The notes beneath the pieces are model-generated. The model did no database searches and was not told the DNA's origin. It saw only the letters and a program-made list of their open reading frames with translations. The translations under genes and the position numbers were made by a program. 64,000 nt of DNA from Verrucomicrobiota bacterium (lineage in GTDB: Bacteria; Verrucomicrobiota; Verrucomicrobiia; Chthoniobacterales; UBA10450): the NCBI GenBank assembly GCA_003219215.1, contig QHPY01000170.1, positions 1,166 through 65,165 of the forward strand, read 5' to 3'. Below, piece by piece: positions 17,974 to 27,128 of the stretch (positions are counted from its first letter, which is position 1; every line of letters begins with the position of its first letter).

Positions 17974-19127
17974 TCCGGCAAATTGTAGCCGCGCAACGGG
18001 CGAACGATAATTCTCATGTTCAGCAGTCCTTTGAACACCGCCGGACCATCGCCCACATTGACGAAAACAAAGTTGCCTGCGCTTGGATTAAATTTCAATT
18101 TCATCGCCCGAAATTCGTTTTCTAAGTAAGCGCGGCCGGAATCCACCACGCGTTTACTTTTGCGCAAATGTTCGTCGTCTCCGAGAGCGGCCAGTGCACC
18201 ACTCTGCGCAATGCCATTAACATTGAACGGTTGTCTGGTTTTCTGGAGAACCTCAATCAGCTCCGGTCGCGCGATTCCATAGCCCAGGCGCAGACTGGCC
18301 AACCCATGAATTTTCGAAAACGTTCGCAAAATAACAACATTTCGGCCATTGCGCACGTAGCGAAGTGTATCGGGCGGATCGTCCAGAAATTCAAAATAGG
18401 CTTCATCCCAAACGGTGATGACCTCGTCCGGCACACGGGCCAGGAAATTGTCGATCTTCTTCTGCCCAATCAATGATCCGGTTGGATTGTTTGGATTGGC
18501 AATGAAGATGATTTTCGTTTTGGGCGTGATCGCGCGCAGCATCTCGTCCAGCTCCGGTTGAAAGTTTGTTGTCGGCGTTTCAATAGTGCGTGCATCAAAA
18601 AGCTGCGCGATCAATTTATAGGCGATAAATGCGTACTCCGAAGTTATGACTTCGTCACCGCGATTGAGAAACGCGTGTGCGACGAACTCGATGACCTCGT
18701 TGGAGCCATTTCCGAGAATAATATTTTCGCGGCTTAATCCCAATCGTTCCGCGATTGCCTCACGCAAATAGACACCGCTGCCTTCCGGATAGAGCTGCGC
18801 CGATTCAATCGCAGCGCGCATCGCCGTGACCGCTTTTGGAGACGGGCCAAGAGCGTTCTCGTTGGAAGCGAGCTTAATGATTTCGCTCGGATCGAGACCC
18901 AGCTCCCGCGCGGTCTCTTCGATTGGCTTGCCCGGTTCGTAAACGGCCAGGTCGCGCAGTTGCCGGTTTGCTCGGTTCCAGATTGACGTCACGCGATCAA
19001 ATCTAGACGCAATTGAGGGGCGAACAAAAGCATCTGAGCAACAGGAAACGCACTTTGCCGAATCCGGCGGTGATGGAGTGCATGTGAGTCCAATCCGGTA
19101 ACGCCTCAGGCAGGTCTCCACCGGCAC
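17898..19127 (-). CDS. hisC: Histidinol-phosphate aminotransferase
   Basis: Class II aminotransferase with a PLP-lysine context FSKIHGLASLRLGY and an N-terminal LAVYEPGKP block. The first roughly 45 codons of the longest ORF are Cys/Arg-rich and unlikely to be real, so the true start is probably near 18990. Confidence 0.8.
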   Translation of the reverse strand: MPVETCLRRYRIGLTCTPSPPDSAKCVSCCSDAFVRPSIASRFDRVTSIWNRANRQLRDLAVYEPGKPIEETARELGLDPSEIIKLASNENALGPSPKAVTAMRAAIESAQLYPEGSGVYLREAIAERLGLSRENIILGNGSNEVIEFVAHAFLNRGDEVITSEYAFIAYKLIAQLFDARTIETPTTNFQPELDEMLRAITPKTKIIFIANPNNPTGSLIGQKKIDNFLARVPDEVITVWDEAYFEFLDDPPDTLRYVRNGRNVVILRTFSKIHGLASLRLGYGIARPELIEVLQKTRQPFNVNGIAQSGALAALGDDEHLRKSKRVVDSGRAYLENEFRAMKLKFNPSAGNFVFVNVGDGPAVFKGLLNMRIIVRPLRGYNLPEWLRITVGTMEQNEKCIAALKKLLS

Positions 19128-19299
19128 TGGCGCACGAAAAACCGCAACAAATCGTTTTTTTTGCTTGCGTCTTGGGGCGTTTTTCAGGTAAAAGCGCTCT
19201 TGGTCGGGTTGTGGTTATAAGGTGGCATAAAGTTGTTATTGACGTTGCGACTCAATTATGAGGAATATGGGAATCATAACAAACTAGGACAAAATCGGT

Positions 19300-20070
19300 A
19301 TGAGCATTTTTAATTTTAAAAGGATCGTGTCCGGCGCTGTCCTCGCAGTTGCTGCGCTCTTTTTTGCGTCCGGCGCTCAGGCCACCATCGTGGATCTGAT
19401 CAACGGGGACAGCGGCACAATCAATGGAGCTATGTTCGACTGGGTCTCGTCACAATCGACTGGTACGGGAGTCATTACGCCCTTCCTGCGTGTTCAGGCC
19501 GATGGAACCGAGCAAGGATATAATACCTCGAACCCCTCTCCGCCATTCGATGATAAAACGGGCGTGTTTACCCGCGATATAACTTTTGCCGATCTGATGA
19601 CAACCGAGGTCACTATCGGTGGCGTGAACTATTTTAAGGTGCTCTTGGACGTCAATCAGTCGGGCAACGGCAACGCCACATTTATTTCACTCGACCAACT
19701 GCAATTCTACACGTCGCCCATCGGCGGCCAGAACACGACGACCGTCAGTTCACTTGGGACGCTGCGGTATACATTTAGCCCGGGTGATGCCGTCTATCTG
19801 GATGCTTCCCGCAATCCCGGCAGCGGCGCGGGCGACATGTTTGCATTCATCCCGGTGAGCGATTTCGCCGGTACCGCCCCGACCGATTTCGTTTACCTGT
19901 ATTGTCATTTCGGCACTACATATGCGAGTAACGACGGGTTCGAAGAATGGTCGCTGGTGGTGAATCCGATTCCGGAAGCGAGCGCGTTTTTCCCGATCGT
20001 TGGTTTGTTGGCAGCGGTTTTCTCAACTCAGTTCGTGCGACGCCGGCAACTACAGCAACTTTCGAAATAA
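19300..20070 (+). CDS. PEP-CTERM sorting-domain exported protein
   Basis: N-terminal signal peptide (AVLAVAALFFASGAQA). The C-terminus NPIPEAS-AFFPIVGLLAAVFSTQFV-RRRQ has the tripartite PEP-like motif, TM helix and Arg cluster. Confidence 0.8.
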   Translation: MSIFNFKRIVSGAVLAVAALFFASGAQATIVDLINGDSGTINGAMFDWVSSQSTGTGVITPFLRVQADGTEQGYNTSNPSPPFDDKTGVFTRDITFADLMTTEVTIGGVNYFKVLLDVNQSGNGNATFISLDQLQFYTSPIGGQNTTTVSSLGTLRYTFSPGDAVYLDASRNPGSGAGDMFAFIPVSDFAGTAPTDFVYLYCHFGTTYASNDGFEEWSLVVNPIPEASAFFPIVGLLAAVFSTQFVRRRQLQQLSK

Positions 20071-20111
20071 TCGAGCATTCTGCTTTCGGACGCTCCTTGT
20101 TTGGCATAGGC

Positions 20112-20150
20112 GCGGAGGCGACAATGAATATGTCGCCTCCGCTTTGCTTT
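20112..20150 (+). terminator. Rho-independent terminator after the PEP-CTERM gene
   Basis: Perfect 12-bp stem GCGGAGGCGACA / TGTCGCCTCCGC with a 7-nt loop, followed by TTTGCTTT. It lies 42 nt after the stop codon. Confidence 0.75.
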
Positions 20151-20261
20151 ACAATAGTATCGCGCTGACTTGCCGGATCGACCTTCGATGCGCTTAGAAA
20201 AATACCGCGGCCAGAATGAGATCGTTGTCTGCCCCGTTTGGAAGTCAGCGGCAGCAATAGG

Positions 20262-21818
20262 TTACCGAATGTCTTCGATGTAGCTGGCGACCTGGTAATC
20301 GATTGGAATACCGAACCCCGTGATTTCCTTGTCGTAGTGGAATCCAGTGTTGCCATTGCCAACAAAACTATGAGCTACGACCGCGCCATACCAATCGGGA
20401 TTGCCGGTCAGCGAAATGTCGCCACTTGGCGCGTAAATACTGGCATAAAGGTTACCCGGCGGAGCGATGGCAATGCTTTGCATCGATCCATCCGTTGGGC
20501 TGATTCCGTAGAACTGAAGATGACCCGCCCGGCTATAGTCGATCGACGGTGTCCCATCCGCATTGAAAACCCCGACGGCGCCATCCACGTTGTTATTCGC
20601 CAGATCACTTGCTTTTACGTTCATGCTTCCGGTGAAGTAAATCTTGGCGTTGACCCCTGCGCCGATGGTGATAGGGCCGATATCGCCGGTTTTTGAACCA
20701 GCAGATCCCACGACGATAGTAACGTACGTCTCAACCGGCACGAGTCCTAATCCCCCCAGCGTTCGTCCATTGATCGTGAGACCGCCGCTTAACGAGCTGT
20801 AGACGTATTGCGCAGGGGCTCCCGGCGTTGTTCCCGAGGGCAGATTAAGCGTCGAGCCGCTTCCTGTGCTGAAAGTGCTCGTGTCCGGTCTAACCAGCGG
20901 AGGAATGGTGAATGGCACGTTGTTGTCAATTGTTCCGCTGATGCTGGTGCCGGAATGAGTGACGTTGCCTCCGTTTGTCGTTACATTTCCGTAGATTGGC
21001 CCCCCTTCGCTAAAGCTCGAACTCCCGACTGACACATCTCCGTTGCGGGAGTCGGCGTAATATGGCGACGCGGGATTGTTAGCAACAAAGGTGTAAGCAC
21101 CACGCTTTGAGTCCCAGCTGTCAATCCGGCCGGCGGAGCCGGGTCCGCTGAAGGCACCGCTAACCTCTAACGAACCGGTGAAATTGAGCGTCTGCGGAGT
21201 CGCGATTAATTCGATGCGCCGCGTAATCTGCGGCTTAGACACTGTTTGCAAAGCGAGATTATTACCGTCTCCATCTCCATAGGTTGCTTTGAAGTGGTCG
21301 TAGTTGAAATCAATCTTTCGGAGGAGCGTGTCTCCGTTTCCGCGCGTCGCGCTGTTAGCCGCAAAATGAGTTCCGCTCGCGGTGAGAGCGGAGTCCAGGC
21401 CGGTCCGTGGCAAGCCGAGTAGCTTCGCGGTTCCTGTGGCGCGAATTCGATAGCAAAAGACGCCGTTTGGATTGGGAGTCGGTTGGAGCCGGTCGACCGT
21501 GACACTAGTCGAGAGACTATTTGCCTGTCCCAAAGTATAGGGTCCATTGCCGGAAGGCCCGGGAGCCGGAACGCCTGATGTCCATCCACTAAAGGCGGCC
21601 GCTGGATTACTCACGAGCTTCCGAACTTCGGCAAAGGCGATGTCCCCGCCGGCGTCCGCCGCGTAAAGGGCCTCTTTCCAGGCCTTCGCCTGTTTCGTGG
21701 CTACGTTGTAGCGGGCGGCGCAATTCAACAGCACTGTAGCTCCAATGAGTGAAAGGATAAAGATCGTGCAAAGGGCACAAATTATTGCGCTGCCGGTATT
21801 CGTTCGTCGAAGTTTCAT
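20262..21818 (-). CDS. PilX-like large pseudopilin-associated exported protein
   Basis: The N-terminus MKLRRTNTGSAIICALCTIFILSLIGATVLL is a pilin-like hydrophobic helix without Glu at +5. The rest is Gly/Ser/Thr/Asn-rich and beta-rich (GNVTTNGGNVTHSGTSISGTI). Last gene of the pseudopilin trio. Confidence 0.55.
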   Translation of the reverse strand: MKLRRTNTGSAIICALCTIFILSLIGATVLLNCAARYNVATKQAKAWKEALYAADAGGDIAFAEVRKLVSNPAAAFSGWTSGVPAPGPSGNGPYTLGQANSLSTSVTVDRLQPTPNPNGVFCYRIRATGTAKLLGLPRTGLDSALTASGTHFAANSATRGNGDTLLRKIDFNYDHFKATYGDGDGNNLALQTVSKPQITRRIELIATPQTLNFTGSLEVSGAFSGPGSAGRIDSWDSKRGAYTFVANNPASPYYADSRNGDVSVGSSSFSEGGPIYGNVTTNGGNVTHSGTSISGTIDNNVPFTIPPLVRPDTSTFSTGSGSTLNLPSGTTPGAPAQYVYSSLSGGLTINGRTLGGLGLVPVETYVTIVVGSAGSKTGDIGPITIGAGVNAKIYFTGSMNVKASDLANNNVDGAVGVFNADGTPSIDYSRAGHLQFYGISPTDGSMQSIAIAPPGNLYASIYAPSGDISLTGNPDWYGAVVAHSFVGNGNTGFHYDKEITGFGIPIDYQVASYIEDIR

Positions 21819-21846
21819 TGTTTCGGTATGTTAATTTTTGACTCGG

Positions 21847-22632
21847 TCAACCCCGGCGCTTGTTGCGGAGATAAGCCGTGGAATAGAGCGTTGTTCCAGA
21901 TCGTTCGGTCGTTGCCCCGCTGGAGGTGAAGATCGGCAGAAAGGTTATGCTGGTTTGGAGATACGTCGTGTTGGTCAGTTCGACGTTCAGCCAGCTGGGA
22001 AGCAGATTGTCTGTACTCGACGCGATGGTCGTCAGAACGCCATTTTCGGTGCGCAGAATCGACTGACCACTGATCGAGTAAAGGACGGTGTTTCCGATCG
22101 TCACTGCGTCGCTTGTCGAACTAGCGGTTGCGTTGGCAGACATCACTACTGTGGTAGGGCCTGTGTAACTCTGAATCGTCGTTCCGGCCGGGATATCGGT
22201 GGCGATTAGTGCTTTACCAACGTCGGCTGAAGTGAACCCAGCTGTCGCGGACGTGAATGTGGGAGAGCCACTAACAAGAACACCGTCCGACACTCCTCGG
22301 TAATTCACGGTTGTACCATTCGCATTGATCGTTATCGTGGGCGTTCGTCGTGCACCGCTGCTATTGAGATACTCCGGAGTCGTACAAGTGACCGTTTGCG
22401 GACTGCCGGTGATCGTCGCGATGTACGACCGTCTCACATCCCGGCTGAGATAATCGACAATACGGATTTGTTGGGCGTGCGCGGTGAAGTAGTTGTCCAC
22501 CGCATTCAAGCTTTTTTGGAGCCCGACCGACGCAGCAATTGTGGTAGCAAGAGCTACCGCGCCGATCGACACCCCGATCAACATTTCACTGAGGGTAAAT
22601 CCCTGATGGTTGGAAACCTTGCAAAGCTTCAT
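21847..22632 (-). CDS. Prepilin-type N-terminal cleavage/methylation domain protein (PilW-like)
   Basis: N-terminus ...NHQG-FTLSEMLIGVSIGAVALA has the canonical G/F-T-L-x-E prepilin motif. There is a 4-nt overlap with the upstream gene. Confidence 0.75.
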   Translation of the reverse strand: MKLCKVSNHQGFTLSEMLIGVSIGAVALATTIAASVGLQKSLNAVDNYFTAHAQQIRIVDYLSRDVRRSYIATITGSPQTVTCTTPEYLNSSGARRTPTITINANGTTVNYRGVSDGVLVSGSPTFTSATAGFTSADVGKALIATDIPAGTTIQSYTGPTTVVMSANATASSTSDAVTIGNTVLYSISGQSILRTENGVLTTIASSTDNLLPSWLNVELTNTTYLQTSITFLPIFTSSGATTERSGTTLYSTAYLRNKRRG

Positions 22633-23132
22633 TTTTTTGTTCCGGCTGAGATGATAGTTTCGGCTTGTTCGCTCCGGGATTGGCTCCCCAAAGCCGTGGT
22701 CCAGGTATAGGCGACCTTCAGTTTCACGAGCGTGGCACTCGAGAGGCTGGAGTCGGTTGAGCCGATCGTGGGAGTGACAGAGGCGCCAGGCCCACGGGTG
22801 ATCTGTGTGTTAACCCCATTCGGTGTTGGATAAGCGCTCAACGTGATCACCTCCGTTACATTCTGTGCGAAGGCCGACCCATTGGATGGCGTGGTCATCA
22901 AAGTCTGAACGGTGCTGGCGTTGGTCAGATCGGTGAACACCAGATTACGCAGCTGCTCAATGCGATCTTGCACTCCTTGAAGTGCTGCGACGGCTTCCTT
23001 GCTGGCATCGATGAAACGCAAGCACCTGGCGTTGATCTCAAATATGGTGACAAAAGATCCAACCAAGAGCGCAACGGCGATGAGAACCTCGACGAGCGTT
23101 AACCCCCTTTGGCGAATCTTTATCGTTCTCAT
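22629..23132 (-). CDS. Prepilin-type N-terminal cleavage/methylation domain protein (PilV/GspI-like)
   Basis: MRTIKIRQRG-LTLVEVLIAVALLVGSF carries the prepilin motif with Glu at +5. The ATG at 23132 is preferred over the longest ORF start at 23180. Confidence 0.7.
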   Translation of the reverse strand: MRTIKIRQRGLTLVEVLIAVALLVGSFVTIFEINARCLRFIDASKEAVAALQGVQDRIEQLRNLVFTDLTNASTVQTLMTTPSNGSAFAQNVTEVITLSAYPTPNGVNTQITRGPGASVTPTIGSTDSSLSSATLVKLKVAYTWTTALGSQSRSEQAETIISAGTKK

Positions 23133-23233
23133 GACCGCTGCAAGGGAGCAGTTGCAGTGCCCGAACCGCGCTAACGCCACACGATTACGTTGTAGAGAAA
23201 AACGCTACAGCTTACCGAAAATTCCAACCCTTT

Positions 23234-23923
23234 TTAGGATGGCGCTTTTTGCCCTGCACTTACCCAGCGAATTGCTTCGTGACAGAGCTGACTCGCGTTC
23301 TCCAAATTCAGTTTGGCCTTAATCCGTGTGCGATATGTATCGACGGTACTCATGCCCAAGCGAAGGGAGCTGCTGATTTGGCGGGTCGTTCGCCCGCGGC
23401 CGATTAGCTCGAAAATCTCGAGTTCACGGTCCGTGAGCAGCGCTACTCCCTTTTCGGTTTTCGGCTGAGTGGAGAAATTCTCAAGTACGCGGGAAGCCAT
23501 CTCCGATCCAAGATAGACGTGTCCATTCAAGACCTTGCGGATGGCGGCCATGACTTCATTTGACGTTTGGTTTTTGGTTATGTATCCGCGGGCGCCTGCT
23601 CTCAAGACCCGTTCGGCGTAAAGCAATTCGTCGTGCATGGAAAGCACCAGCACCGGCACGTTGACTTGGTGGGCCTTGAGATCTTTGAGAAGCTCTAGCC
23701 CGCTCGGGCCCTTGAGTGTAAGATCGACAATAACGATGTCGGCTGAAGCGGATTGAAGTAGCTCAAGCGCGTCGCGAATGTTGTCTGCTTCGCCGCATAT
23801 GCACATGTCCGGCTCTTTATTAATAAGGTGAGCCAGCTGCTCACGAAACATCGGGTGATCTTCTACCAGAACGACCCGGAACTTTTCTGATGTTTGCCCG
23901 AAAGTATTTGTTAGTTGGTTCAC
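23234..23923 (-). CDS. NarL/LuxR-family response regulator
   Basis: Receiver (VVLVEDHPMFRE...IVIVDLTLKGPSG) plus a C-terminal LuxR HTH (LTDRELEIFELIGRGRTTRQISSSLRLGMSTVDTYRTRI). It abuts the kinase stop codon. Confidence 0.9.
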   Translation of the reverse strand: MNQLTNTFGQTSEKFRVVLVEDHPMFREQLAHLINKEPDMCICGEADNIRDALELLQSASADIVIVDLTLKGPSGLELLKDLKAHQVNVPVLVLSMHDELLYAERVLRAGARGYITKNQTSNEVMAAIRKVLNGHVYLGSEMASRVLENFSTQPKTEKGVALLTDRELEIFELIGRGRTTRQISSSLRLGMSTVDTYRTRIKAKLNLENASQLCHEAIRWVSAGQKAPS

Positions 23924-24934
23924 TTAAGCTTTCGCCGGCACAGTGCAGGACACGATTGTCCCGCCTTTCGGCCGCTCTTCGATCTCAAACTCGCCACCCA
24001 CCACATTTGCGCGATATCGCATAATACTGATGCCGACGCCGTTCCTGTCCTTTTCCGTTTTGGAAAAACCCGTGCCATCGTCCGCAATGCTCAAGCTCAT
24101 CGCGCTGGAGTTTGCGCTCAGGCGCATTTCGACATTCCGAGCCTTGCCATGTTTGGTCGCGTTATTAATCGCTTCCTGCGCGATGCGATATAGATGAGTC
24201 GCTTTATCGTTATGTGTCGCTCTGTACTCGCCGGCAAATGCAAACGTGCAGTCCATGGCCAGCAGCCGGCTGGTGGACGCCGCCAGCTCTTGCAGGGCAG
24301 CAGGCAGGCCGGCCTCGTCAAATTGAACCGGCACCAAGCCATGGGCCAGAATGCGCGCTTGTTTGACCGATTCAGTCAGATGTTTTTCGATCTCGCCCGC
24401 AGTCGCGGCCAATTTCTCCAGGCCTCCTTCTTGCAAGTCCATCTTCAATGCAGTGACCGCGCAACCGAGCGCAGCCAGGTACTGGCAAAGGCCGTCATGC
24501 AAATCCCTTCCGATACGTTGCCTTTCGTATTCACTTACCTCGATGATCTGCTGCTCGAGTCTTCGCGAGTGCTCGAGCAACTTGATGCGGGCACTGGACG
24601 CCTGATGCCGTTCTTTAGTGGCGATGCCGGCGAGCGCAACGAGAAAGAAAAAGGCAAATCGAATCGATATCTCCCACACCTGAACAGTGGCACTCGAATA
24701 CAAGTGCCCCAGCGCAATGTCGGCCCACGACCAAAGCACCCCGGCCAATCCAGCGACGATAAAAGGACTTCTATTATCGCACAACCAAACGGCGAACACG
24801 ATCGGGGCTGTGTAAAAAAGCACGAGCGACACCTGGTGACCGGTGGCGAGGTCAAGCCAGGTGATAGCGAATAGCAGCAGCAGAGATTCGACTACTGCAA
24901 CTAGCGGCGACGGACGAGTGAGAAACCGAAGCAT
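23924..24934 (-). CDS. Membrane sensor histidine kinase, HisKA_3 (NarX/LiaS-type)
   Basis: Several N-terminal TM helices, H-box RIGRDLHDGLCQYLAAL and ATPase motifs ITNATKHG-like (AINNATKHG) and DDGTGF. Confidence 0.85.
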   Translation of the reverse strand: MLRFLTRPSPLVAVVESLLLLFAITWLDLATGHQVSLVLFYTAPIVFAVWLCDNRSPFIVAGLAGVLWSWADIALGHLYSSATVQVWEISIRFAFFFLVALAGIATKERHQASSARIKLLEHSRRLEQQIIEVSEYERQRIGRDLHDGLCQYLAALGCAVTALKMDLQEGGLEKLAATAGEIEKHLTESVKQARILAHGLVPVQFDEAGLPAALQELAASTSRLLAMDCTFAFAGEYRATHNDKATHLYRIAQEAINNATKHGKARNVEMRLSANSSAMSLSIADDGTGFSKTEKDRNGVGISIMRYRANVVGGEFEIEERPKGGTIVSCTVPAKA

Positions 24935-25077
24935 ACCGGATCAAACTGAAGACGGATACTTTAGAAGCAAATTTCCCGCCAAGGTGATCTACCTAGGCTG
25001 TTGCTACGAACTGACCCGCTTTCGACGTTCTACCAGGAGGGCATCGAGCGGTGCGATCCGATCTCCTGACCCGGCCA

Positions 25078-25211
25078 TTGGACGTCCAAACGGCCAGGCT
25101 GAAGGAGGACAATACAAGCTTATTGCGTCCATCGCAGTGCTACGTAGCACGCTCGCTGCGGCGCGAATTCCACCGCCGTTTCCTGGGCGATGACAAGATC
25201 GACAATTGTCG
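25078..25211. repeat. Three perfect palindromes spaced about 60 bp apart in an intergenic spacer
   Basis: TTGGACGTCCAA (25078-25089), GTGCTACGTAGCAC (25137-25150) and CGACAATTGTCG (25200-25211). The centres are 60 and 62 bp apart. All three lie in the 318-nt non-coding gap between the TPR gene stop and the kinase start. Confidence 0.8.
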
Positions 25212-25252
25212 CCGTTGGCTTAATCGTAGCCAAGTCGCCTGAATTTCGCGGG

Positions 25253-26968
25253 TTAGCGAGTGCGGCTGCGCGAATCCAGACTGGCGTAGGCCTTGTCGAT
25301 TAAGGCTTTCTCTTCCGGGAGTAGATTCGCCGGTTTGCCAAAGTCTAAATAAGCCCGCGCTTTTTCATCGCCAGTGGCGGCGAGAAAGATGCCGTAATAA
25401 GCGCTGATTGTGGGATCGCTCAATTGCTCTTCGCTCAAAGAACTCATAATTCGCAACGCCTCCTTCGCGTTGCCCTGTGTTAAGAGCGAGTAGGCGTAGG
25501 TTGTCATGTAGGCGGGGTTCGCAGGTGACTTGTGATAAACATCCGCTGCCGACCGCCGCGCCTCTTCGGGGTTAGCATTTAAGAGCAATGAAACCTGCGC
25601 CAAATTGTTTTGGACATTGAGGTTCGTCGAATCCAGTTCCGACAGACGAACAAGGACGCGATAAAGTCCCTGTGTGTCCGAGGCTTTTGCATAATGTTGA
25701 TAGAGCGCCATGAAAGCGTCCTTCTGTTTCTCGGGGTGCTTGGAAAGCGCCCAGAGCAGATCGGTAGTTTCATTTTCCCAGCCCCATTCCGAAATCGGTT
25801 GGATCAATAAGACCAGCGATTCGCTACTGGTTGCGTCCTTAAGCGCCGCACTCCATTCGTGTTCGGCGGCGGCTCGCTTGTCCTCTGCGCGTAAGGCGCG
25901 GGCCAGGTAGGCATGCCGCAGAAACTCTAACCGTCCCCAATTTGCCTTAGCCGTAAGCGCTTCCAGATTCTGCCACTCGCGTAACCGGAGGTACGCATCC
26001 GCAATCGCGAGAGGTACTGGCCAGTTCTGGAGCGATTCGGCCGACAAGCTCTTGGAATAGTCCAGAGCGAGCAAACTCAAATTGTTCTTAGCCATCCACG
26101 AAAGCAGGGCTGCCAGCGATGAGGCTTTAGTCGGCGCAGTCTTTTCCAGTTCGGTCAGGTAAGCGCTGAATTGAGGATCTTGCAGGCCGTGGAGAAAATC
26201 GAGATAGACAAACCGATCGTTCCATGTCGCTTCGGGATACGCCTGCAATTCGCGCGCGAGCTCCAGCAACTTGCGTGGATCTTCTTTTCGCGTGACCCCG
26301 GCGTTAATCAATGCGCGGGTTGCAGCGCTTCGCTGGGCGGGGTCGGAGCGCAAAGCTGTTAACATTGCTTCGCCGGCAGCGCGCCGTTCCGGTTGGGTCG
26401 CTCGCAGCCGCAGCATTCCGAGTTGCCGCTGGAAGGACTTGTCGTCGGGGCTCAAACGCAGCGCTTCGTTCCATTCGGTCTCCGCTTTTTCATCCTGATG
26501 TTTGAACTGCGCCACCAGAGCAGAAGCCTCGTGATAAGGCGCACTGTTTCGTAAATTCTCATTCACTTCGGCCAAAGTACGTTCGGCGGTTGGGATGTCG
26601 TTGAATTGGACGGCGCACCGAACCAGTGCCAGCGCATCGTCCACTGAATGTGGATCCAACTGCACGACCTTCCGCCTCCAGTTTAACGCCGAACGTTCGC
26701 CCACGCGCTCGCCCAATTGCGCCATGATTCGAGCCGCGCTCGCGCTCGAAGGTTTCATTTCCAAAATGCTGCGCGCAGCCAGACTGGCATCGCGTTCATT
26801 GCCGTGCTCCATGTCGAACGTCGCCCGGCGCACTAACCGTTTTTCCTGCCAGCGGACGTAAAGATCGTGGCCACCCCAGATCGCCGCGATGAAAAAAATC
26901 AGACTTAGAAGAATGCCGAACAAAAGCCTGATGACTGTTCGTTGTGTTCTTTCGACTGACTTTTCCAA
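25253..26968 (-). CDS. Membrane-anchored TPR-repeat protein
   Basis: N-terminal TM helix (LLFGILLSLIFFIAAIWGG), then repeated 34-aa-like A/L/Y-rich helical units to the C-terminus. It is divergent from the exosortase gene. Confidence 0.75.
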   Translation of the reverse strand: MEKSVERTQRTVIRLLFGILLSLIFFIAAIWGGHDLYVRWQEKRLVRRATFDMEHGNERDASLAARSILEMKPSSASAARIMAQLGERVGERSALNWRRKVVQLDPHSVDDALALVRCAVQFNDIPTAERTLAEVNENLRNSAPYHEASALVAQFKHQDEKAETEWNEALRLSPDDKSFQRQLGMLRLRATQPERRAAGEAMLTALRSDPAQRSAATRALINAGVTRKEDPRKLLELARELQAYPEATWNDRFVYLDFLHGLQDPQFSAYLTELEKTAPTKASSLAALLSWMAKNNLSLLALDYSKSLSAESLQNWPVPLAIADAYLRLREWQNLEALTAKANWGRLEFLRHAYLARALRAEDKRAAAEHEWSAALKDATSSESLVLLIQPISEWGWENETTDLLWALSKHPEKQKDAFMALYQHYAKASDTQGLYRVLVRLSELDSTNLNVQNNLAQVSLLLNANPEEARRSAADVYHKSPANPAYMTTYAYSLLTQGNAKEALRIMSSLSEEQLSDPTISAYYGIFLAATGDEKARAYLDFGKPANLLPEEKALIDKAYASLDSRSRTR

Positions 26969-27128
26969 TGGAGTTAGAAATTAGACGGAGAATTTGTGAA
27001 AGGCGAATTGGACGGCCAATTTCAGCCGCTTATGGGAATAACACATCGTGTTCCGCGGCTGGCAATCCGGCTGGCCCCTCGTACTCACATGCTCGCAAGT
27101 TGCTCGCGCTCGGCTACGCTATGCCCAA

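Noticed and set aside
24194-24874. 226-aa plus-strand ORF
   Set aside because: It is antisense to the HisKA_3 sensor kinase, which has clear H-box and ATPase motifs.
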